Assembly: GCF_011386835.1 (NCBI RefSeq)
Contig: NC_088802.1
Span: 38,688,001 to 38,752,000, forward strand
From: Chrysemys picta bellii
Lineage: Eukaryota
Reading direction: 5' to 3'
DNA length: 64,000 nt
In this document: positions 10,998-21,193 of the stretch, one piece after another
How the letters are laid out: every line of letters begins with the position of its first letter
Position numbering within the stretch: position 1 is the stretch's first letter
Position numbers and translations under genes: made by a program
The notes under the pieces: generated by a model
The model's input: the letters and a program-made list of their open reading frames with translations, nothing else
Told to the model about the DNA's origin: nothing
Databases searched by the model: none

Positions 10998-13310
10998 GGG
11001 AAGTAGTACTTCCTTTTGTTTGTTTAAAACCTGCTGCCTCTTAACTTCATTGGGTGACTCCTGGTTCTTGTAAAAACCTAAGGTACAAATTTACAGACTA
11101 ATTTTGGGTCTCTCTGTTTTTGGTGTCCAACCTGAGACATCTGTGACCCCAGACATTTATGGCCAGAGGTGCCAGTATTTGCATTTCCCATTGCCTTTAT
11201 TAGGAGTCATGAATTTTTGGCACTTCTGAAAATCAAGCTAGGATGTCTCACATTGGGGGTCCTGAAACTGAGGCATCCAAAATCAGTGGCCACTCTTGAA
11301 AATGTTAAGTGAATGTTACTGTATTCATACTGCGGGACTGGCACACAGCTCAGTTTGAGGTGTTATTTTCACAGCTGTGACAGTCAGCATTTCCTATGTT
11401 TCTGCCATCTCTATCCCAGATGCTGTCACATTCTATTTTACTCTCTTAATGTCATTTTTTTCCCCTACGGATATCACACTCAGTCTGCAGCTGTGAACCG
11501 TGTTTGAAGTTAGAAGTAAGTCTCTAAACATCTCAAGACTAGGAATTATTAAAGGGGGGCACTCCTCATGATATTTTCAGTTTGTGAAAGGGTTTCCTGA
11601 TCCTTAGATGATCGTCTCCAAAGTTGGCACAATGATTCTTCCACAGTCAAACTAAATTATATATTTTTAAATTAAATATTTATTAACTTTTGCAGAGGAA
11701 ATATTAAAGAATACTGTACTCCCATTTTTGAAATGTTTCTGTTTCCCTCATATGTCTTTGGATTCCTAAAGTAACACAGCCACAATCCACATAAAAACTG
11801 CAAGCTTCACACAAACACATTTTGATAACATCTTGGACACAGGCTACTTTTGACACTTTATCATTACACAGTTATTCCTCTACTCCAAGAACATATACAT
11901 AGATTTCCCCAAGATCAGCTGATTCAACTGCTAAGAACCATCAGCTACTTTTGACTCTGCATGTGCACCTAGTGAGCTGGATGGGGGGAGGATGGCAATC
12001 TGGCTGAGAAGAAACTATAGGAGGAGGGTGTTGCTTATGAGGGAGAGAGCGGACCTCTAGGAAAGCCAACAGAGATGTGGATGACAGGCAGAGTTGAATG
12101 GATCTTAAAGGTTGAGTCAGGCTTTAGAAGGGGCAGGAGGGTTAACAGGGATGTGCAAGGCAAGGGTGCCTGATGGAGAAATCCTGTGTCTCTGTGCTGA
12201 GGCATTAACACTTGAAGGGATCCCCTGGCATTGATGCCTCTACTCCCTGGCACACTTAGTTAGGCTGCAGAACCGTGGAGAACCTTCATGCATCAATTCG
12301 TTGACCCATAAAGGTTTGGCACTCCTGGTCACTACTGCCTCAGCTCTCTGGAGCACCAGTCAGTAGCACCATGAAGGCAGAGGGTATTTGTACTAAGCCA
12401 TCATCACATCAAGTGGCAAGTGCTCCTTTCAGTGCTGCTACCTTCCTGTGGAAGAAGTAGAAGCAGCAGTAGTGAGTGCACCCTTTAAGTGCCAGTGCCT
12501 TCATGCAGAGGCATTGGGCTACCCCACACTGCTTGTATAGCTTTGCCCACCCCACCCCATCCACAATCTCCCAACTCCTCCATACCTAATTTCCTCTCTT
12601 GCTCCCCACTTACCCAGTCACCCCTGGGCTCTACCAGCTTCCCATTCACCCATGTCCAGCTGGAATCACATGTGAGAGAACTTGTTAAAAGCAGCCCATA
12701 CCAAACCAGCAGTCTGAGTTGTCAGTAGCCGCTTTCCCCACAGGGAAGAATACTTTGAAAATTGTAAAAGGGGCAAATTTACGTTTTCACCCCTCACAAC
12801 TGTCAGTTGGTTCAGGAACTGAAGAAAAGAACCTATCATGGAGTATGATATTGAGCCAATTAGAAATCTTCAAGGTGCTCTAGCCCTTGAAAGTATATCT
12901 GTTATATGAAACTGTAGAACAAACATTGCAGCATGCTCTATGCAGGCAGGAAGACAGAACACTAAATTGTGGACATGAAAGAGAATTTTACTGGGTTCAA
13001 TCCTCAATGATCCCAGTCCTGCACTTCTTAATGGGAATTTTGCCTGAGTAAGGAGTGCAGGAACAGGACTTATGCATGTGCATTTTCTTAATTATAAATT
13101 AATGGGGATAACAAGTTTTACAGTGCAGCATCGGTTTTATTAGTAGAATTAATTCTAACGGTCTCATTAAACCTAGAAGAGTAGGCAGAGGGAGACTTTT
13201 TTTTTCCTTATTTCATGGTAGGATCATTATTCAGTTCACTTTATAGACTGTCAATTAATGATTTTCTATTTAAGCTATTTGCCTTCCACAAGTGAATATT
13301 GTACTATGAA

Positions 13311-14590
13311 GATTCATAGATTCCAAGGCCAGAAGAGACTACAGTATTGTGATTATCTAGTCTAACCTCCTGTATAACATGGGCCATAACTTCCCAAAAT
13401 AATTTGTAGAGCAGGTCTTTAGAAAAACATCCAATCTTAATTTAAAAATTGTCAGTGATGGAGAATCCACCAAACCCCTTGGTAAGTTGTTCCAATGGTT
13501 AATTATTCTTAATGTCAAAAATTTACACCATTTTTCCAGTCTGAATTAGTCTAGCTTCAACTTCTAGTCATTGGATCATGAAGAGTCCATTATCAAATTT
13601 TTGTTGCTTATGTAGGTATCAATAGACTATAACCAAGTCACCCCTTAACCTTCTCTTTGTTAAATAGATTGAGCTCCTCAAGTTTATCACTATAAAGCAT
13701 GTTTTCCAATCCTTTTAATCATTCTTGTGGCTTTTTACCCTTTGCAATTTATCAACATCCTTCTTGAACCACCAAATCTTTTTCAGTCAATGCTTCCCAG
13801 TATAGAGTTTCCCACCCCAGAAGTCTGGTCTACATTCTTTGTTCCTAGATGTATATACATTTACATTTAGCCATATTAAAAAGCATATTCTTTGCTTGCG
13901 CCCAGTTTACCAAGCAATCCAGATCACTCTCTGTGACCTATCATCTTCATAATTTACCGCTCCCACAATTTTTGTGTCACCTGCAAACTTTGTCAGTGAT
14001 GATTTTGTGGTTTCTTCCAAGTAATTAATACAAATGTTAAATAGTGTAAAACCAAGAGCCAGTCCATGCGGGATCCCATTGGACACATACCTGTTTGATT
14101 CTCTGTTTAGAATTACATTGAGACCTATCAGCTAATCAGCATTTAATCTGTTTAATGTGTGCCATGTTAATTTTGTATCGTTCTAGTTTCTTTAATCAAA
14201 ACATCTTATATACCAAGTCAAACACCTTACAGAAGCCTACATATATTATATCAACATTACCTTTATCAACCAAACTTATACATTTAATTAAAGATATCAA
14301 GTTAGTTAATAGGATCTATTTTCCATAAACTCATACTGATTGGTATTTATTATAGTAATATAATTAATTCCATATCAGCCACTTCATTATGTTGCCCAGG
14401 ACTGATATCAGAGTGACAGGCCTATAATTACCCAGGTCATCCTGTTTACCCTTCTTAAAAATTAGCACAATATTAGCTTTCTTCCAATATTCTAGAATTT
14501 CCCTAGTATTCCAAGACTTATTGAAAATCAACATTAATGGCCTCAGTTAGCTCTTTAAAAACTCTGCTGATTTAAAAAAGTCTAGCTTTA
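13311..14590 (-). mobile_element. Older, decayed CR1 LINE fragment
   Basis: GATTCATAGATTCCAAGGCCAGAAG...ATCTAGTC 3' end; decayed RT-like sequence (GTCACCTGCAAAC = FAGD-like, reverse strand). Confidence 0.75.
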
Positions 14591-14736
14591 AGATCTCGTT
14601 TGCATAAATTTATTATTTTATCCTAAATTATAAGGTGTAATTTTCTTCCCTAAACAAAAACTTTAGGTCAGATTTTAAGCAATAGACAGGAAGAGTAAAG
14701 AGAGATAATGGATTAAGAAATGTCTGAGGAATCAGT

Positions 14737-14938
14737 AAAAAAACAACAAGGAGTCTGGTGGCACCTTAAAGACTAACATATTTATCTGGGCATAAGCTTT
14801 CGTGGGTAAAAACCTCACTTCTTCGGATGCAACACTTCTTGCCTTGCACATCCCTGTTAACCCTCCTGCCCCTTTAAGGTGCCACCAGACTCCTTGTTGT
14901 TTTTGTAGATACAGACTAACACGGCTACCCCCGATACT
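14737..14938. mobile_element. Short Penelope-like element insertion with inversion and a captured 37-bp segment
   Basis: 12-bp TSD TGAGGAATCAGT (14725-14736, 14939-14950); inverted arms AAAAACAACAAGGAGTCTGGTGGCACCTTAAAG. Confidence 0.82.
14790..14830 (-). ncRNA. Minimal hammerhead ribozyme-like motif, variant core CCGAAGA
   Basis: GCAU-CCGAAGA-A-GUG(A)GGU(UUUU)ACCCAC-GAAA-GCUU-AUGC. Confidence 0.4.
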
Positions 14939-15526
14939 TGAGGAATCAGTGTTTGTCAAAGCACATTATTAATAGTTATACTGATTTTAAAAATACTAGA
15001 GAATTATCAACCCCTAGCATTAAAAAATCATGAGTCATTCCCCCCCCAAAAGCCATGAGATTGGCTTTAAAATCATGAGATGTACAAAAATAATAATTTT
15101 GGGATTCTTATTATTTGCCTTCTGGTTTTGGAGACTTATGGTTTGCATTTTTAAGCTTTTCTACATAACCATGAGGACTAGAAACATATTTATAAAAATA
15201 TATAAGATGAGATCACCACATAATATCATGACTCCAGGAGCTGGGGGTTTAAGAAAAACATGAAATATTGCAAGACATTTGATAAAATGACAAGAAGTGG
15301 CAACACTGATAAAATTTAGCATTCGCTTAAAAGTGCAAAACAAAATGTACTGTTTCTAATAAAAATTCACAAGGTATAGTAGCCTAATTTCTTCTACTGG
15401 ACTAACAAAGTGTTTGCATGAATACACATCTTTGGTTCAAAGGTTTGTACTGTTATCTATCTCCAAATTCATGCACAAGTGTCTGTCTATATATAGAAAC
15501 AGAGATATTAACAGCAATCCTAGAAA

Positions 15527-15724
15527 AGCAGTGTTTTTTAGTGGTTAGCATAAGGAACTAGGAGTCAGGATTCATGGGTTCTATTCCCAGCTCTGTGACC
15601 TCCTGGGGCTTTGTTTTCCTCATCTCTTAAATAGAGAACAATACGCACCTCCATAGGGTTGTGAAGCTCAGTCAATGCACATAAAGTACTTTGGGATGGC
15701 AGGTGCTATAAGTGTAAGCTATTA
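15527..15724 (+). mobile_element. Ancient MIR/CORE-like SINE
   Basis: TAGTGGTTAG..GGAGTCAGGA..GGGTTCTATTCCCAGCTCTG..GTTTTCCTCATCT core; AAGTACTTTG..TGCTATA tail. Confidence 0.6.
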
Positions 15725-15994
15725 TGTGGTCACCGTCAATGACACTATGGGGTCTCTTAGTCTCCTTGGTAGCTGTATAATGCATGCACCAGTGCCAGCA
15801 TGTGGCCAGATGCTATGCTACAGTGACAGCTGTGGTGTGTATACTCTGGGCAGCCCTGTTCAGTCATAGCACAAACAATAGGAGCAGCTGTTTAGGCCCC
15901 AGTTTCCCATGCAAGCTCTGAAATTCTTGCTCTGTTACCTCCTAGGTCGGAAGAGTCACTCACCAGCACATTTCTCACTGTCTCCAACCACAGC

Positions 15995-16242
15995 AGGTTT
16001 CAGAGTAGCAGCCGTGTTATCTGTATCAGCAAAAAAGGGGAGTCCTTGTGGCACCTTAAAGATTAACAAATTTATTTGGGCATAAGCTTTCGTGGGCTAG
16101 AGCCCACTTCATCAGATGCATGAAGTAAAAAATACAGGAGCAGGTATAAATACGTGAAAGGATGGGGGTTGCTTTACCAAGTGTAAGGTCAGTCTAAGGA
16201 GAGAAATCAATTAACAGCAGGATACCAAGGGAGGAAAAATAG
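15995..16242. mobile_element. Penelope-like element pLTR fragment
   Basis: AGGTTTCAGAGTAGCAGCCGTGTT...GTGGCACCTTA...GCATAAGCTTTCGTGGG, same family as the 1585 and 14737 copies. Confidence 0.78.
16080..16119 (-). ncRNA. Minimal type I hammerhead ribozyme motif (PLE-type), canonical core
   Basis: GCAU-CUGAUGA-A-GUGGGC(UCUA)GCCCAC-GAAA-GCUU-AUGC: stem I 4 bp, stem II 6 bp, palindromic stem III; expression not shown. Confidence 0.62.
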
Positions 16243-16385
16243 GTCCTGGTCCACTGCCTGGACCTCACCAGCTCTGAGAACTGAAGACTAACCTTACTCA
16301 ACAAAACCATCCTCCTCCCTCCAGGAGTCTCCCTGGCTCTACAGTGTTAACCAATATGGCCTTCACTCCAAGAGTGCCTCAGCCA

Positions 16386-16567
16386 CCATCTTGGAGTTGG
16401 GTAGTAGCTGTAAGACCTTCACTTAACAGTCCATCTTGGATTTGGGCGGGAAAGAGTTAACGTAAGACGCCATCTTTGATTTGGGCAGCTGTAAAACCTT
16501 AATTTAACACGCCATTTTGGATATGGGCGGAAAGGATTTAAAGTTGGTCGCCATCTTGGATTTAGGC
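16386..16567 (+). repeat. Five-copy ~40-bp tandem array with core CCATCTTGGATTTGGGC (YY1-like sites)
   Basis: CCAT cores at 16386, 16431, 16470, 16512, 16551; units alternate A-B-A-B. Confidence 0.8.
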
Positions 16568-16599
16568 ACCAAGCCTATACACAGAAGTTAGTGGGTATT

Positions 16600-16990
16600 T
16601 TCGCGGGGGGGAATTACTTTTGCCCGAAGTAAAAATGGCCGCCGAAGTTCCGGCGCTATTTACGTATCGACACTCTAGCGCGCGGTGTTCAATCTCTTCT
16701 GTGATCGGGGAGGGCGCTCGGGTCCAACGACTCTATGGTGTGGCGCCTCCCGTCCGGATTCGGGAAGTAAAGTCCGCGGCGAGTCCCGTTTGATGCGCGT
16801 CCGTGTGGGGCCGCGCTGCTGCGGGAAGGAACCGGTCAGTGACGGTGCTGCTTCCCTTCCCAGCGTGCGGGGGGATGGGAGTGAGGCGGGTGTAGGGGGT
16901 GCGGGGCTGGGATTTGCGGGGATTGTACAGAGTGGGGAGCTGGCATTTTAGGGGGCCGGAGGAGCAGACTGCATGCGGTGGGGATGGGGG
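16600..16990 (+). promoter_or_regulatory. CpG island promoter of CYBC1, with probable non-coding exon 1 ending at 16834
   Basis: CpG-rich; AAAATGGCCGCC YY1-type motif at 16631-16642; CGGGAAGT ETS-like site; donor CCG|gtcagt at 16834/16835; G-run intron start. Confidence 0.72.
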
Positions 16991-17900
16991 GTGAGGTGGT
17001 GGGCAAACTCCATTGTCTGATTAGTGCATCAGAGGGGAGCTCAGTCCAAGCACACCTTTCCCTTTCTTCTTGTTGAGGCAACTGAGGCTGGGGCGAGGAG
17101 CAGGAATTAATTACCAACGGAATGTTGATAAAACAACAGAGCTGCAGTATGCCAGGAATAATAGGATGGGGAAGGAATCATGTGGCACCCCCGCTATTTT
17201 CTAGTGAATTATAGAACAAACACAAAACAGTGACTCCTCTGCAGTTCTAGACTAAAATATTTTCCACCTAGCATCTGCAGGGAAAGATGAAGAACTTGCT
17301 TTGGGTCACGTTGAGTTTCAGTTGACAGCTGGACATGTGCCAGGAGATGTTAGAAAGACTGGGCTAAGATTTGATTTGGAGGGAGACCGATTCAGAGCAG
17401 AGAGGCAAAAGGGGCTGAATGATTCTGTATTAGCAGAAATTAATGCAGGATCGTGACTCAGCTTTGGCTGTTTCACTGTCAGGTTCCTATGCACCTGCTG
17501 CTAGGAAGTATTTGAATCATGTCCATGGAATGTTTTCATTTAAATAAAAAAAAAAAAAAATCATGAATATATTTCTGTTTAGCTTTTATAATTTTTTTAA
17601 AACTAAACTTTGTGTCTAAAGTGACCCACAGTAAAAGTATGCTTCATGCAGTATCCCAGAACAACAGGATGAGTAAGGAAGCAAGATTGGGCCATTTCTG
17701 TCTTCTCAGAACCTAGTTGTGCATGAGGCTGTCTGGCTGTTTGCTTCGTAATGTCGATTTAAAGCACTGTTGAGTGAGTTGTAAGGGATGTAGAATCCTG
17801 TAATGTAGGCAGATAACATTCACTGAAAGCCAAATTTCCGCTAACTGATGCTGCAGACATAGGAATTGTTAGTTCAGTAATGTAATAATGATACCTATAA

Positions 17901-17975
17901 GGTCTGATCCTGAGAGGTGCTGAGCAGGCACAATTCTTATTGAGTTCAATAAGAATTGTAAGTGCTCAGGATCTC
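17901..17975. repeat. Short palindromic MITE-like relic (Chompy/Harbinger-like hairpin); one of many similar decayed copies in the window
   Basis: Perfect 14-bp arms ACAATTCTTATTGA (17930-17943) / TCAATAAGAATTGT (17946-17959) inside GGTCTGATCCTG...CAGGAT. Confidence 0.55.
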
Positions 17976-18385
17976 CCAGGATAAAAGAACCATATAATGC
18001 TTTCAAGCCAATGATCCCAAAGCACTTTACAAATAAAACGACTCACAACACACTTATGGGGAAGCTCAGTATTATTTTAGAGTTGCATAAATGGAAAGGT
18101 TAAGCGGCTTGCCCAAACTCTCCCAGTGACTGAGTGGCAGAGCCAGAAATACAACCCAGGAATCCTGACAGCCTCCAGCTCTCTCCATTAGATGTACTGC
18201 CTCCACATGGTACTGCATTATGTCATGCCGTGTCAGCTTTGCAGTAACAGCTAGAGTTCTTTCATCTGAGAAAGGGTGAGAATGCAGTAAGTCTTTAAGG
18301 CCACTTAAAGTAAGAAAAGTGTCTGGTTTATATACTACTTGATTTGCTTGCAATTGCCTTAAGGATGTAGTTTGTTTCACCAAAT

Positions 18386-19380
18386 AATCATAGAACTGGA
18401 AGGGACCTAGAGAGGTCATCTAGTCCAGTCCTCTACACCCAAGGCAGGACTAAATTATCTAGACCATACCTGACAGGTGTTTGCCCAACCTGCTCTTAAC
18501 AATCCCCAATGATGGAGATTCCACAGCCTCCCTGGCCAATTCATTCCAGTGCTTAACCACTCTGACAGGAAGTTTTTCCTAATGTCCAACCTATACCTCC
18601 CTTGCTGCAATTTAAGCCCATTGCTTGTTGTCCTATCCTCAGAGGTTAAGAAGAACAATTTTTCTCCCTCCTCCTTGTACTGACCTTTTATGTACTTGAA
18701 AACTGTTATCATATTCCCTCTGTCTTCTCTTCTCCAGACTAAACAAACCCAATTTTTTTCAATCTTCCCTCATAGGTCATGTTTTCTAGATCTTTAATCA
18801 TTTTTGTTGCTCTTCTCTGGACTTTCTCCAATTTGTCCACATATTTCCTGAAATGTTGCACCCAGAACTGGACACAATACTCCAGTTGAGGCCTAATCAG
18901 CGCAGAACAGAGTGGAAGAATTACTTCTCGTGTCTTGCTTACAATACTCCTGCTAATACATCCCAGAATGACGTTTGCTTTTTTTGCAACAGTGTTACAC
19001 TGTTGACTCATATTTAGCTTGTGATCCACTATGACCCCCAGATCCCTTTCTGCAGTACTCCTTCCTAGGCAGTCATTTCCTATTTTGTATGTGTGCAACT
19101 GATTATTCCTTCTTAAGTGGAGTACTTTGCATTTGTCCTTATTGAATTTCATCCTATTTACTTCAGACCATTTCTCCAGTTTGTCCAGATAATTTTGAAT
19201 TTTAATCCTGTCCATCAAAGCATTTGCAACCCCTTCCTGTTTAGTATCGTACACTCTATGCCATTATCTAAGTCATTGATGAAGATATTGAACAGAACCA
19301 GACCCAGAACCGATCCCAGCGGGACCCCACTCATTATGCCCTTCCAGTATGACTGTGAACCACTGATAACTACTCTCTGG
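18386..19380 (-). mobile_element. 5'-truncated CR1 LINE (RT C-terminus and 3' end) in CYBC1 intron 1
   Basis: ORF 18739-19254 FNKDKCKVLHL...LEYCVQFW; tail TTCTATGATT; same subfamily as 3341-4016. Confidence 0.94.
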
Positions 19381-20603
19381 TAATGTGAGTAAAGGTAATG
19401 TGTGCAGTAAGTAGGATCATCTGTCTTCTAGATGACACTCTTGGGGAAGGCTGCACAACACTTTTCCTCTCTCTTTTACATTTAAGTAATACCAAGATTG
19501 TGACACAAACCAACCAAATAGAGGAAATTCACAGTTAATGCTGGTATACCATCCACAGCCTGTTCTGCTGGGCCTACTAAAAATGTTGTGGCATACATGG
19601 TATTTCATAAAAATGTGATCCCATCTCCCCTTCCATGGGTTGTGGCTGTGTATTCATCACCATAATGAAGAACAGTTTGAAAACATATTGTCCTTTTCCC
19701 CCAGTCCCTCTCCCCCCCTAACTAGTTCTCCACTAGAAGAGACATTTTAAACCTTCTGGAAAGCTATCCCCATTGTTGTCTCCTCCTCAGTGGTAATCCA
19801 TCCTGACCAAATCAGTCCTGCCCTCACACGTCCTGCTGGACCCCTAATCTAAATCCTTTACTATGCTTGTGCTGAAGTCACCATAGGTAGAACAGAGTGT
19901 GTGTTTGGAAGCCGCAATTGCTCAAAGATTAAAATAATTTCTTGCCGTGGTTATTTGATGAAAATGATTTGTCCAGTCTTAATGTTTATAATTAATGCCT
20001 CTCTTCTCTCCTAATTCCCACCATCTTTTTCAATGTGTGTTGGGCCTAGTTTCTGGTTGAGGAGGGCTGCATATGGCTGTCTACAGTACCACTCAGTTAC
20101 ATTCCTGAGTTTGCTGTAGGTATAGCTTAGTGCCTTGTGAAGTGTTTCTTCCCATTTGGGCTGATCCTGCAGCGCTCCCAACCCTAGAGTGAGGGACTGA
20201 GTCGTGAAATTCTGTGTTGTAGTGTGCTGCCTAGTCCTGCTTTGGCTGCTGGGTTGAACCATTATTGTTGCCCTTTCCTGTCAGCTGAAGAAATGCTTTG
20301 TAAAAGAACTTACCACTCTCTTTCTATTGCTTTTCTTTTCTCCTTAGTTCACAATTGCTAGTTGATGCGCTGCTAATTTTATTTTGACAGCCAGTTTTGG
20401 AAACTCTTCTAAGGATATTGCTTATGCTAGGAATGAAGGGAACCTTAATGAAAGAATGAGACATTTCTTACAGGGTTCAAACCTTTGTTAGTCTTGTTTT
20501 GCAAGTCTCCATGGTGATTATTGTACAGGGTCATAAATGTGCATGGTATTTTACATGTAAGTAGAACACCATATCCCTGCCCTGGATAGATTATAATCTA
20601 GAT

Positions 20604-20958
20604 CAGGGATCGGCAACCTTTGGCACATGGCACGCCAGGGTAAGCCCCTGGCGGGCTGGGCCAGTTTGTTTACCTGCCGCATCTGCAGGTTCGGCTGATC
20701 GTGGCTCCCACTGGCTGCAGTTCGCTGCTCCAGGCCAATGGGTGCTGTGGGAAGCAGTGGCCAGCACATCCCTCGGCCCACTCCGCTTCCCGCAGCCCCC
20801 ATTGGCCTGGAACGGTGAACTGCGGCCAGTGGGAGCTGCGATTGCCACATCTGCAAATTTGGCCAGGTAAACAAACTGGCCCGGCCCACCAGGGGGCTGG
20901 CCCGGCCCACCAGGGGGCTTACCCTGGCATGCTGCGTCCCAAAGGTTGCAGATTCCTG
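20604..20958. mobile_element. Palindromic hAT (Charlie-type) MITE
   Basis: TIR CAGGGATCGGCAACCTTTGG; TSD ATCTAGAT/GTCTAGAT (nTCTAGAn); long internal inverted symmetry; 21-bp tandem duplication at about 20877-20918. Confidence 0.87.
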
Positions 20959-21108
20959 GTCTAGATTGACATGACTGAAGGTTAACAAATATTGGGGCAT
21001 AGAAAGGAAGGACAAAGGGTACAGCAATAACTTGTAAGTTCTTACTCCTTTTCATTGTCCAGCTAGGTTTCATGAGTGTTACTAGGCTGTAGGGAATTTC
21101 TCCTGAAG

Positions 21109-21193
21109 ATGTACATGTTGCTTGAAAACCGCACAAGTTCCATTCTGCATTTGAAGAGATCACCTGGCATCAGATCTTGGTCTCTCTTTGTTG
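21109..21193 (+). CDS. CYBC1: CYBC1 coding exon 1
   Basis: ATGTACATG...TTTGTTG|gtaaga, 85 nt. Confidence 0.94.

Noticed and set aside
16386-16567. CRISPR-like repeat-spacer pattern (also 54326-54465 and 60970-61370)
   Set aside because: Vertebrate DNA; spacers are related to each other, repeats are degenerate and there are no cas genes
20551-21163. Overlapping 158/186-aa ORFs
   Set aside because: Arise from a GC-rich palindromic hAT MITE and run antisense over CYBC1 exon 1
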